Shown: positions 1-11,722 of the stretch, in pieces
Layout: every line of letters starts with the position of its first letter
How positions within the stretch are numbered: position 1 is the stretch's first letter
NCBI GenBank assembly: GCA_950097015.1
Contig: CATNEN010000030.1
Location: forward strand, 3,162,001-3,226,000
Origin: Macrostomum hystrix
Lineage: Eukaryota > Animalia > Platyhelminthes
Length of the DNA: 64,000 bases
Direction of reading: 5' to 3'
Translations under genes and position numbers: made by a program
The notes under the pieces: generated by a model
What the model was told of the DNA's origin: nothing
Seen by the model: the letters and a program-made list of their open reading frames with translations, nothing else
The model's database searches: none

Positions 1-2445
1 TCTAGGGATTTACACTCATAGAACAGCAGCAACCAATCTAGGGATTTACACTCATTGAACAGCAGCAACCAATCTAGGGATTTACACTCATTGAACAGCA
101 AGCAACCAATCTAGGGATTTACACTCATTGAACAGCAGCAACCAATCTAGGGATTTACGCTCATAGAATAGCAGCAACCAATCTAGGGATTTACACTCAT
201 AGAACAGCAGCAACCAATCTAGGGATTTACACTCATAGAACAGCAGCAACCAATCTAGGGATTTACACTCATTGAACAGCAGCAACCAATCTAGGGATTT
301 ACACTCATTGAACAGCAGCAACCAATCTAGGGATTTACGCTCATAGAATAGCAGCAACCAATCTAGGGATTTACACTCATTGAACAGCAGCAACCAATCT
401 AGGGATTTACACTCATTGAACAGCAGCAACCAATCTAGGGATTTACGCTCATTGAACAGCAGCAACCAATCTAGGGATTTACGCTCATAGAATAGCAGCA
501 ACCAATCTAGGGATTTACACTCATTGAACAGCAACAACCAATCTAGGGATTTACACTCATAGAACAGCAGCAACCAATCTAGGGATTTACGCTCATAGAA
601 CAGCAGCAACCAATCTAGGGATTTACACTCATTGAACAGCAGCAACCAATCTAGGGATTTACGCTCATAGAACAGCCGCAACCAATCTAGGGATTTACGC
701 TCATAGAACAGCAGCAACCAATCTAGGGATTTACGCTCATAGAATAGCAGCAACCAATCTAGGGATTTACACTCATAGAACAGCAGCAACCAATCTAGGG
801 ATTTACACTCATAGAACAGCAGCAACCAATCTAGGGATTTACACTCATTGAACAGCAGCAACCAATCTAGGGATTTACACTCATTGAACAGCAGCAACCA
901 ATCTAGGGATTTACGCTCATAGAACAGCAGCAACCAATCTAGGGATTTACACTCATTGAACAGCAGCAACCAATCTAGGGATTTACACTCATAGAACAGC
1001 AGCAACCAATCTAGGGATTTACACTCATAGAACAGCAGCAACCAATCTAGGGATTTACACTCATTGAACAGCAGCAACCAATCTAGGGATTTACACTCAT
1101 TGAACAGCAGCAACCAATCTAGGGATTTACACTCATTGAACAGCAACAACCAATCTAGGGATTTACACTCATTGAACAGCAGCAACCAATCTAGGGATTT
1201 ACGCTCATAGAATAGCAGCAACCAATCTAGGGATTTACACTCATAGAACAGCAGCAACCAATCTAGGGATTTACACTCATAGAACAGCAGCAACCAATCT
1301 AGGGATTTACACTCATTGAACAGCAGCAACCAATCTAGGGATTTACACTCATTGAACAGCAGCAACCAATCTAGGGATTTACACTCATTGAACAGCAACA
1401 ACCAATCTAGGGATTTACACTCATTGAACAGCAGCAACCAATCTAGGGATTTACGCTCATAGAATAGCAGCAACCAATCTAGGGATTTACACTCATAGAA
1501 CAGCAGCAACCAATCTAGGGATTTACACTCATAGAACAGCAGCAACCAATCTAGGGATTTACACTCATTGAACAGCAGCAACCAATCTAGGGATTTACAC
1601 TCATTGAACAGCAGCAACCAATCTAGGGATTTACGCTCATAGAATAGCAGCAACCAATCTAGGGATTTACACTCATTGAACAGCAGCAACCAATCTAGGG
1701 ATTTACACTCATTGAACAGCAGCAACCAATCTAGGGATTTACGCTCATTGAACAGCAGCAACCAATCTAGGGATTTACGCTCATAGAATAGCAGCAACCA
1801 ATCTAGGGATTTACACTCATTGAACAGCAACAACCAATCTAGGGATTTACACTCATAGAACAGCAGCAACCAATCTAGGGATTTACGCTCATAGAACAGC
1901 AGCAACCAATCTAGGGATTTACACTCATTGAACAGCAGCAACCAATCTAGGGATTTACGCTCATAGAACAGCAGCAACCAATCTAGGGATTTACACTCAT
2001 AGAACAGCAGCAACCAATCTAGGGATTTACACTCATAGAACAGCAGCAACCAATCTAGGGATTTACACTCATTGAACAGCAGCAACCAATCTAGGGATTT
2101 ACGCTCATAGAACAGCCGCAACCAATCTAGGGATTTACGCTCATAGAACAGCAGCAACCAATCTAGGGATTTACGCTCATAGAATAGCAGCAACCAATCT
2201 AGGGATTTACACTCATAGAACAGCAGCAACCAATCTAGGGATTTACACTCATAGAACAGCAGCAACCAATCTAGGGATTTACACTCATTGAACAGCAGCA
2301 ACCAATCTAGGGATTTACACTCATTGAACAGCAGCAACCAATCTAGGGATTTACGCTCATAGAACAGCAGCAACCAATCTAGGGATTTACACTCATTGAA
2401 CAGCAGCAACCAATCTAGGGATTTACAGTCATAGAATAGTAGCAA
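1..2445. repeat. 36-bp tandem minisatellite, about 68 copies, runs off the left edge
   Basis: Unit TCTAGGGATTTACACTCATAGAACAGCAGCAACCAA with a few recurrent SNP variants. It produces the 12-aa periodic ORF 88..2445. Confidence 0.98.
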
Positions 2446-2980
2446 TATATCTGAGGATTTTGGACAGTAGGAATCGACCTAAGTATTAGGGATAGTGGGT
2501 AGTGCAGCTGCGGATTAGGAAGAATTTTATCTAATAACTTTATAAAAAATATTCAACAGATTGCCTTCAGGCAAAAGAAGCCCAACAGAATAAATGAAAA
2601 CAAACCAATTTTTTCTCGGTAAGTTGTTTATTTTTACGAAATTGGTCTGTATTTTATCCGTTTGATAAAATAGTTACTAGCTCTATGGTTGCATTAATTT
2701 TGAAATTTACTACGAGTAAACAAAACTAAAAATATGAAGGCACAGAAGCTAAAAAAGGCAGAAATTTATCACACAAAACGCTGGACGGAACAGACCCTGA
2801 AAGATAGTGATAAGCAGGCTAATACAAGCTTGCTAATTTACAAAGAAAAAAACGTGAAAATTAGATTTCTTTGTCAAAAGAAATATTATAGATAGTCCGA
2901 GCTTCACATATTGTATATAGTAGAGGCTCCATAATCTAATTTTGTGAAAAATTAAAAAAACGAAACCAACGATCGCAGTC

Positions 2981-5889
2981 TCACAGCAGGCGCATTAGAC
3001 TACTGGGAGTAGCGCTGGCCGCGCCTGACGCCGCTTTGCCGGTGAGCAGAGCAGCTCCGGTGCTGCCGCTAGAACGCATCCTGGCCCGACTGCCGGCCGA
3101 GGCCTTGGCAGCGGCGGCGGCCGCAGCCGCCTCAGCCTCCTGCTGGCGCTTCTTATTGAACAGGTAGGCCTGGTAGGCAGCCGGCGGCAGGGTCTCGGAG
3201 GCGTCAGTCTTCCTGGCGGCCGACTGGCGCACCTTGTCGCGGAATGTCGGTATGTGCTGGCGCGGCCCGGGAATGAGCTGCAGTGCGCCAGGCTTGCAGT
3301 GACTGGGCACGCCGATGTCCGGCATCGAGTCGTCGGCTAGATCGGCGACAACGTCGTCTTCATCGACTAAGTCCTGATCGTCTGCGGCGTCGGTAAATTC
3401 GTCTAGGGGCACATCCTCCTCGGTGTGGTGCGTGACGGCGGTGTCCGGCCGGCTGGCTGGACGGCGCTGCTCGTCTGGCAGGCCGGCCACGGCTTCGGCC
3501 AGGAGGTCGCGGAGGCGGCGCAGCAGACGCTCGCCGTCGGCTTCGCCAGCTGGCATCTGCAGGGCCTGTTTGAGAATGTCGGCGGCAGCGCTGATGCCGG
3601 CTCTGGCGGCTTCGTTGTCAGCCTCGGCCCGGCCGAGTTCGGTCTCGGCTGCACGGCGCAGAGATTCCTGCTCGTCCAGCTGCTGCGCGAGGGCTTCGAT
3701 CTCTTCGCGCTGCTCTTCCACCTAGGAGTATATAAATAGTAGTATAACAACTTAGATGACGAAGCATTTAATACTATAACTAGAGGCATAGTTGCTCTCG
3801 CCGTTTACCGAAGAAAGATAATTTTAGGGCTTCTCACCTGCTGGCGCAGCGCCTCGCTCTCTCGCTCCATGTCGGCAGTCTCGGCCTCCCGACGTTTGAA
3901 CTCCTCTACAAGCAGGTCCAGCTCCTTGCGCTTCTGGCGCAGCATCAGTATGATGCGCTGATGACAGGCGAATTTCGTAGCCGCCTCCTTCTGGGCGCGC
4001 TCTAGATCTGCAATGCGTCGCCGCTGTTCGCGCAGGCGCTTGCGAATGTCGGCGTTTTCCTCCATCAGTTCCACCTGGATGGGCGGGTGTTAATCAATTG
4101 GAAAAGGAAACTTCACTGCCTCAGATATCTAGAAAGTTGAACTAAACTCACCTGCTTCTCGGACATCTTGAACATCTGCGACTGGATGGACACATTCTCG
4201 CGTATTGTGCGCTTAGTAGTTTCGGCCATTTGTTTGTTGGACACCTTGCGAAAGTCGGCCGCCACATGATTAACCCGGGTCACCATGTCCTTTTTGAGGC
4301 GATCTCGGTCCAGCTGGAGTGCGGGGAGAGGGCGATGGAAGTTAATTACTGAAATTAAGGTGTGACAACCAAGGTGAGACATACCAAGGTTTGCAACACC
4401 CCAACCAAGTTGTGAAAGACCAAGGTGTAACACTAAGGTTTGAGATAACGCAAGGTATGACATGCCAAGGTGTGAGACACCCCAATGTGTAAGACACCCC
4501 AAGGTATAAGACACCCCAATGTGTAAGACACCCCAAGGTGTAAGACACCCAAGGTGTGAGACACCCCAATGTGTAAGACACCCCAAGGTGTGAGACACCC
4601 CAATGTGTAAGACACCCCAAGGTGTAAGACACCCCAATGTGTAAGACACCCCAAGGTGTAAGACACCCCAAGGTGTGAGACACCCCAATGTGTAAGACAC
4701 CCCAAGGTGTGAGACACCCCAAGGTGTGAGACACACCAAGGTGTGAGACACACCAAGGTGTGAGACACACCAAGGTGTGAGACACCCAAGGTGTGAGACA
4801 CCCAAGGTGTGAGACACCCCAAGGTGTGAGACACCCCAAGGTGTGAGACACCCCAAGGTGTGAGACACCCCAAGGTGTGAGACACCCCAAGGTGTGAGAC
4901 ACCCCAGGGTGTGAGACACACCAAGGTGTGAGACACCCCAAGGTGTGAGACACCCAAGGTTTGAGACACCCCAAGGTGTAAGACACCCCAAGGTGTGAGA
5001 CACCCCAAGGTGTAAGACACCCCATGGTGTGCGATCCCCAAGGTGTGAGACACCCCCAGGTGTAAGACACCCCAAGGTGTGAGACACACCAAGGTGTGAG
5101 ACACCCCAAGGTGTGAGACACCCCAAGGTGTGAGACACCCCAAGGTGTAAGACACCCCATGGTGTGAGACACACCAAGGTGTGAGACACACCAAGGTGTA
5201 AGACACCCCAAGGTGTGAGACACACCAAGGTGTGAGACACCCCAAGGTGTGACAGACACCCCAGTGTCCCACTCAAGGCAATCGAAACTTCAAGACTGCG
5301 TCTATAGGCGTGGACCTACCAAGTTCTTGGCGTGAATCCTCTGTTTGGCCGCTTCGTGGTCATCCAGCATCTTGTTAAACTCCTCCGTGAGGGTGTTGTA
5401 CCTGGCAATGATGACCTCTCGCTCGCGTTTAAACTCCTCGAGAGAGGCCAGCTTAGTGGCGGCCAGATTGTTCTCGCTAGTCAGCTGGTCCTTCATCTCC
5501 TGGAACTCGGTACGCAGTCGCTGCAGCAGCTGCTCCCATTCCTCCTTCTTTTGCTCCTTGAGCTGACGCTGCCCGGTCAGGCGGTCCTGCAGCTCAGCGA
5601 TCTCATCGTCGCGCTGTTCCATGGTCTTCTTTAGGAAGGCCACAGACTCTTGGCGAGTCTTGCTGCTGTCCTCAAATGTGGCCAGAAGCTGATTATTCAA
5701 CTGTTCCAGCTGGCGATGCTTCTCCTGATAGCGGGCTAGCCTGCGCTCCCAGTCCTGAATGTGCTCAAGCACTTGTTCGAGTGTGAGCTCGTAGCTATAG
5801 TCCGGCGGCGCCTCCTCCTCCTGCTCATCTGGCTCCTCTTCTCGCTTACCCTTGCCGGCCTTCTTTCCAGCCTTCTTTTTAGGCGGCAT
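2981..5889 (-). CDS. CFAP157: Cilia- and flagella-associated protein 157 (coiled coil), 4 exons, about 569 aa
   Basis: Exons 5889-5320, 4313-4152, 4074-3838, 3721-2981, all GT-AG and phase 0. The peptides IQDWERRLARYQ, VAFLKKTMEQRDDEI, EFQEMKDQLTSEN and LDRDRLKKDMVTRVNHVAADFRKV match the CFAP157 sequence as I recall it. Confidence 0.85.
4357..5262. repeat. 16-17-bp minisatellite in CFAP157 intron 1
   Basis: Unit GAGACACCCCAAGGTGT, degenerating toward the left edge. It lies wholly inside intron 4314-5319. Confidence 0.95.
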
Positions 5890-6585
5890 TTTAATCAGAT
5901 AGTCTTTGTTTAATGCGTCAACCAGATATTATTAGCGATTGCTCAATTCTGCTCAAAATGGTATAGCTGAAAGATTAACATGCGGCATTAAATACACAAT
6001 GGTTGCTCATTTGGGTTGTTGGTACTATTCGCCTTTTATTTACAATTAAATGAAATATAATAACAGATTTGCTTATTAGGCAATTAATCACCAAGCTTGT
6101 GGAGTGTGTTTCTAGAATCCCATAGGGATGCAGAAAAAAGCTACTAAAACCCACACTAGCTCACACATGATTGTGGCTGTTTTGAGCATTGTGAATTCTA
6201 CGATTAAGGCAATTATGTGAAGTGGTCTAATTTAGCACTTGATCGCGCCTAGCAAACAGACTGAATGCTTAGGTAATTATTCCCACAGCGTAAATAAGTG
6301 TAACTATGTTGGCCAAAAAATACGTAGTTAGAATCCCTGAAAAATACGCAATAAAAGGTAGAATTTCCCACTTGCAGTAATGTCGACTTTCTATTAAACT
6401 CTTAGGTTTTGCTTTCTCGGGTAGTGTATTTCCTCGTGAGTCTATAAAATCTATGAAAAGAAGTTATGACGTTAAGCAAATAAAAAATAGTAGGGACTCT
6501 TAAACTATACTGTGCAAACTGTACAGCACAATCACAATAATGCGGTGTAACAGTGCAGTTCTCACTGTTACTGTCGCCTTTTTCC

Positions 6586-6598
6586 GTTGCCTAGAGAC
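6586..6598. promoter_or_regulatory. Putative RFX X-box in the head-to-head region between CFAP157 and the EF-hand gene
   Basis: GTTGCCTAGAGAC: a perfect GTTGCC half-site plus a degenerate second half, upstream of a ciliary gene. Confidence 0.45.
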
Positions 6599-6743
6599 AG
6601 GAAAGCTCAAACAGACGCAGACAGTACGGGTGCATTTTAGACCAATACCTTCGATTTAACTGTTCGCAGCACAAGCAAGTAACCATTTAAACAGGCGAAC
6701 AAAATATAAGTTACTGATGGTACTGTAGGCGCCAAGCAAGCAA

Positions 6744-8200
6744 ATGGCCAATGAAGAGCGTCGTGTGAGCTCTAAGCATTGGACACAGATCTGCATTCCA
6801 ACTGGCTGATAGATAATTACCTTACTGTAGCATTTTGCTACACTGTTTTTTCAACCCCCCCCCTACCTCTTCCATCTGTGCAAAATATATTAGCTGACCC
6901 CACACTGAGACAGCACATATATGAGCAGAATTAGATAGAGAGAGCTGTCTACCAAAAGTAGAAACGCTATTGTTTGTCTATCAATAAGCAACGCACCTCA
7001 CAAAGTGTTTAGACGTGTCTTCGCTGAGAAACTGAACCATTTTTTTAAGAATCGAGCGTTATGGCTGATAGCGAGGCTCGTGAGTGATTTTGGGCTTAAA
7101 TAAAGAAGCCAGTTGTGAGTCGAAGTTTTTTAAATCTCAATCATAATTTCCCACAGAACTGAAAGCCGTGTTCTCCTACTTCGATCGTGATGGCACCGGC
7201 AAGCTAGACGTCAATGAGATTCAAGAAGTGCTGAATGCGCTTGGTCAGTGCATGACGCCAAGTGAAATCAAGGAGATCATGCAGAAGGAAGACATTAACT
7301 GTAAGCTGATACAAATCTTGTCAGTCCGTTATTCCGTTGTAAGGTACATAGATGCACGCTAATTGCAGCCGATGGAGCCATGGACATGAAGGAGTTCATC
7401 GCCTTCTTCAAGAAGTACGGCAAAGAGGCTAACAAAATCAGTCGGGAAATTCGCGAAGCCTTCAGGGTAAATGTACTCTTAACTGGCACGGTTTATTCAT
7501 ATATAAAGTACGTGAGACTATTAACCGCCTTATTATAAAGTGCAAGTACCAGCAACTTCTTTTAAATAGACCTTGACGTTGGCTTTCCGCAAATTCTCAA
7601 TTCTTACTTACCTGAGTGTCAATTAGTAGATGATTAATTGACTAGAGCTTTATTGGACAAGACACCGCTGGGAGGACTTTTCAAAGAATGCATCCACTTA
7701 GTCATCTCGATCAAGACACTTCATTTTTTAATGTAGAGCTTCTCAAAAGTCGACATGTCAGTTTTTAGTGCGCTTGTCCCTTTCTTCTTGCTCTGTAGGT
7801 CATCACCATTCTAACTGGCTTAAACCAGAACTTACGAGTATTAAGATTATGTAGCGGTTGTCCACAATTGCCGCCATTGCAGAAGTTCGACAAGCAGGGC
7901 CGAGGCTACCTGACCCAGGCGGACCTGGAGAAGATCCTCACACAGGCTGGCGCGTTCCCATTCAGCAAGGAGGAAGCTGAGATGTGCTTCAAGGCGTTCG
8001 ACACTAATAAGGACGGCAAGATGGACTACGAAGGTAAGATCAGGTACTACCCAATGCAGAGGTTCGTGTTATCGTGTACTGTCCTCTGACTTTACCATAG
8101 ACTATCAGATTATATAACTCAAATTTCAGAGTTTGCCAACTTCCTGTGCGCAATCTGCCCGAGTTACGAAGACTTGGAGAAGCTCAATGACAAGAAGTGA
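6744..8200 (+). CDS. Calmodulin/troponin-C-like protein with 4 EF-hands; first exon uncertain
   Basis: Phase-consistent exons 7157-7300, 7369-7466, 7883-8033 and 8130-8200 (TGA). EF loops DRDGTGKLDVNE, DINSDGAMDMKE, DKQGRGYLTQAD, DTNKDGKMDYEE. The tentative exon 1 (6744-6762) uses a weak GTGTGA donor. Confidence 0.8.
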
Positions 8201-8940
8201 TTGAGTACAATGCGCGCAATTCTTTTAGGGTAGCTTTGAGCTGCAGGTAAAATTAATTAGACCTATTTAGCACTATGATAGATGTATATAAAGATGCCAA
8301 ATCAGTGCACCCTAAAATTCTGTATAACATTTCTACTACACAAAATATTTCTTCTTACACCCTAAAACTGTCACTTACTAATCAGTAAAAATGTGAAAAA
8401 AATAAAATAAAATAAGTATTCAGTTAAACAATCAGCGCATTGACTAGCGGCTAAGATCGAGAACAATGCACCATGTCTTTGTTCATTTACGATAGTATTT
8501 AATGCGGGTAAAACAAAGAATATGCTAATTCTAATGAGACAATACATATGGGTATAAATGAATGTTTTATTTTTATCAGAACTTCTAGGCCAAACACCGG
8601 AATAAACCACATGCAGGTAAAAGATTTGGCTAAATAAAACCATGAGCACGATAGAAAAATGTTAATAGTGTCAGCAAAATGAGTAAAAGAAGTTGTACTT
8701 TAGTAATTATGATTTTCTCGGACAATGATTGAATTTAACTAGCAAAAAACAAGTGTGGCAAAGAATTCGCAAATTACGATTGCAACAAGCTTCCCATTTA
8801 ATCACTCAGACTTTAATTACTAAAAGGTAAAGGCAACACCAGCTTTACTCCGTTTAAAAATGAATAAGACTAGGCTATCGAATAATGTTCAAGCTAACAA
8901 AATTTAATATAACTGAGCTATATATAGCTCGATTAGTAAA

Positions 8941-9535
8941 TTGGGGGATAACTAGCCGAATAGGGGATAATTAGTCAGCTAGGGGATAATTAGCCGAATG
9001 GGGGATAATTAGTCAGCTAGGGGATAATTAGCCGAATAGGGGATAATTAGTCAGCTAGGGGATAATTAACCGAATGGGGGATAATTAGTCCGCTAGGGGA
9101 TAGTTAGCCGAATGGGGGATAATTAGCCGAATGGGGGGATAATTAGTCAGCTAGGGGATAATTAGCCGAATGGGGGATAATTAGTCAGCTAGGGGATAAT
9201 TAGCCGAATGGGGGATAATTAGTCAGCTAGGGGATAGTTAGCCGAATGGGGGATAATTAGCCGAATGGGGGGATAATTAGTCAGCTAGGGGATAATTAGT
9301 CAGCTAGGGGATAATTAGCCGAATAGGGGATAATTAGTCAGCTAGGGGATAATTAACCGAATGGGGGATAATTAGTCAGCTAGGGGATAGTTAGCCGAAT
9401 GGGGGATAATTAGTCAGCTAGGGGATGGTTAGCCGAATGGGGGATAATTAGTCAGCTAGGGGATAGTTAGCCGAATGGGGGATAATTAGTGAACTAGGGG
9501 ATAATTAGTGAACTAGAGGATAATTAGCCGAATGG
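8941..9535. repeat. 19-20-bp alternating G-run minisatellite
   Basis: Alternating GGGGATAATTAGCCGAATG and GGGGATAATTAGTCAGCTA, between the convergent EF-hand and ALG3 3' ends. Confidence 0.95.
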
Positions 9536-9787
9536 GAGACACTTTGTCAACTGGGGAAAGGATAAAGTGCTAATTAGATGGGGATAATTAGTTAATTCGA
9601 TGGGGATAAACTGCTAAGTAGAAAGAGATAAATTGCAAACGGAGAAAATAATTTACCACCAACTACCAGGACATTTATTATTTAGTAAATTATGCCTATT
9701 ATATGGAATTATTTTGTATATTATAGAGCCCAATATAAGTTTTTCTTCCTATTCAGATTCCTACTTAGGGTAAACGATCTCCCAGAT

Positions 9788-11128
9788 CTAAGCAACTTTG
9801 CGAGCTGCCGCCTCTCCGCTCGGTCTGACTGTAGCCGTCGGATGCACAATGCGCCAGAAAAGAGAAGCCAGTAGAACAGCATGGCAGCAGTGCAACAGGC
9901 CGCTACTACTATTAGTAGATGGGTAAGTATTCCAGCATAATTCGATGCAGCCAAGCAGCAGCAGCTGGGGCACAGCGGGCAGGCCGGAGCGCCACACCAG
10001 ATAGTGCAGGCTGTGAAAATACCACACGTAGAACTGGTAATGCAAAGATCTGGCACAGGCTAAGCCAATGAAATTGCTGACAAACAGTACACAGGCAACG
10101 TCTTCAACTGGCAGGGCAGCCTGCTGTTCATTGGGAGCCGGTCGAAGCCGAAGCAGCCTACCAATAGACAATTTTCGCGATCTAGCATAGGCCAGGAAGA
10201 ACACAAGCAGCAGTAGGAGATGAGTGGCTAGCAGGCATGCATGGAACAGGCGATTGTGAAAGACCGGCTCGGGTAGGAAGCGCCAATTCACCGTCCATTT
10301 GAATAGGAACTGACGCGAGAATTCGAATGCCCTGCCCAGATAGGCGGCTGTGCTGTGCGTTAGAAACGGGGCGCCTAGCAACAGTTGAATAAATGCACAA
10401 ATTGACAGCTGGCCGGCCACCTCCCAGATGTGATAGCGCATCAGCAGCAGCAGCAGCAGGCCGGGGGCGTACAGCAGGATGTTCATTTTGATAGACACAG
10501 CCAAGCTATACAGCACGCAGCCAATTGACCAACGATCGTGAAGGAAGCACAGCAGGGCTGCATGAAACACTAGCATAGCAACAGGATCATTGAATAGGCG
10601 CAACAGGTGAATAGAATGGACCCGATAAGATAGGCAGCACATGAACACCAGAAGGTAGGGCGGCACGCGAGCCAGACGCCGATAAATAAGCAGCACAATA
10701 GCTGTATTAGCCAGATAAATAGCGGCAAAGATGCACTGAGCCGTGAGTATTTGCCTGCCCCTGTCAGTCAGGTAGTAAAGTGCCGAATAAAAGTACACAA
10801 ATCCTGCCGGATAGACCAATGGCCCGGTGTCGCCGCTCAGTAGGCGATAATCTCTGGTGCCATTTAGGAAGCCTTCGACCTCCTGCATGTAGGCGCGCCA
10901 GTCAATTTCAGTGTAGGGCACACGCCAGATAATGATGGCGCAGACAAACAATTCTGCTAGGAGAAGCGGCACGGATACTAAGCCAGTGACGCTGGGATCA
11001 GTAAGCAGGTGTTGCGCCAGTTCCGCTGGCGAGCGGGAAGTCAGCTTGCGGCGCAATGATTGCCAAAGGCCGCGTATCGAAGCGGATCGCGACTTCGGCT
11101 TGATTGGTCGACGCGGCGAGGGCGCCAT
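9788..11128 (-). CDS. ALG3: Dol-P-Man:Man5GlcNAc2-PP-Dol alpha-1,3-mannosyltransferase, intronless, about 446 aa
   Basis: Motifs VPYTEIDWRAYM, GDTGPLVYPAG, HSIHLLRLFND, SLAVSIKMN, TVNWRF and RSLHYQFYVWY. The first ATG is at 11128. Confidence 0.95.
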   Translation of the reverse strand: MAPSPRRPIKPKSRSASIRGLWQSLRRKLTSRSPAELAQHLLTDPSVTGLVSVPLLLAELFVCAIIIWRVPYTEIDWRAYMQEVEGFLNGTRDYRLLSGDTGPLVYPAGFVYFYSALYYLTDRGRQILTAQCIFAAIYLANTAIVLLIYRRLARVPPYLLVFMCCLSYRVHSIHLLRLFNDPVAMLVFHAALLCFLHDRWSIGCVLYSLAVSIKMNILLYAPGLLLLLLMRYHIWEVAGQLSICAFIQLLLGAPFLTHSTAAYLGRAFEFSRQFLFKWTVNWRFLPEPVFHNRLFHACLLATHLLLLLVFFLAYARSRKLSIGRLLRLRPAPNEQQAALPVEDVACVLFVSNFIGLACARSLHYQFYVWYFHSLHYLVWRSGLPAVPQLLLLGCIELCWNTYPSTNSSSGLLHCCHAVLLASLFWRIVHPTATVRPSGEAAARKVA

Positions 11129-11722
11129 GGCTGTAAAAATTCGAGACAATTTTACAGCTGTCTATGGACTGAGGAATTAAATCCGCCTAAATGTCTACCC
11201 AAAAAATAAACCTGGTATCCAAGTATCAGCTTCAGCTTATTAAATCGATAATTTCGAAAGAAATTGACACACAATAGTAAAAACATTTTTCAGCACAGAG
11301 AATATTATTAAAAACCGAAAATATATTTCAGATTTTCTACAGCATTTTTACTTATAGAGGTACACTCCATGTATGTATAAGTGAAAACTACATTATAAGG
11401 AAAATGAAGTTTTGTTTAAAGGATAAAAAGACAGGCTCAAAAATAATCAGTTTACATAATTTAATTTTTATACAATCGCATCGAACAAACAAAGTTATCT
11501 GTTAAAAATTTTATCACAGACATCTTAGTTCCTTAGCAAATAGTTTGTAAAGGCAAAATAGACAAACTTAAAAACAAGTAGGAGAAATTCAAGAATAAGG
11601 GAAACTTTATTAAGCACGAACACTCTCAGCACATTGTTATGGGACGGATTAGTGTGTAGGCATTATTCTTCTTTAAAAAACTTCGGAAACTCATGGAACG
11701 GGAAGTTCAAAATTAGCCTAGT

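Noticed and set aside
88-2445. 785-aa ORF as a repetitive protein
   Set aside because: It is a translation of a stop-free 36-bp unit. It starts at an alternative codon, has no unique domain, and is bounded by a 1-bp indel within the array.
4113-5276. Overlapping repetitive ORFs (GVSHLG, CLTPW), and similar ORFs at 17677-18270, 18784-19395, 39191-40228, 44305-44871, 49698-50456 and 50762-51743
   Set aside because: All are translations of intronic minisatellites.
9788-11128. ALG3 as a retrocopy because it is intronless
   Set aside because: The ORF is intact, there is no poly-A or TSD remnant, and neighbouring genes also have long exons and few introns.
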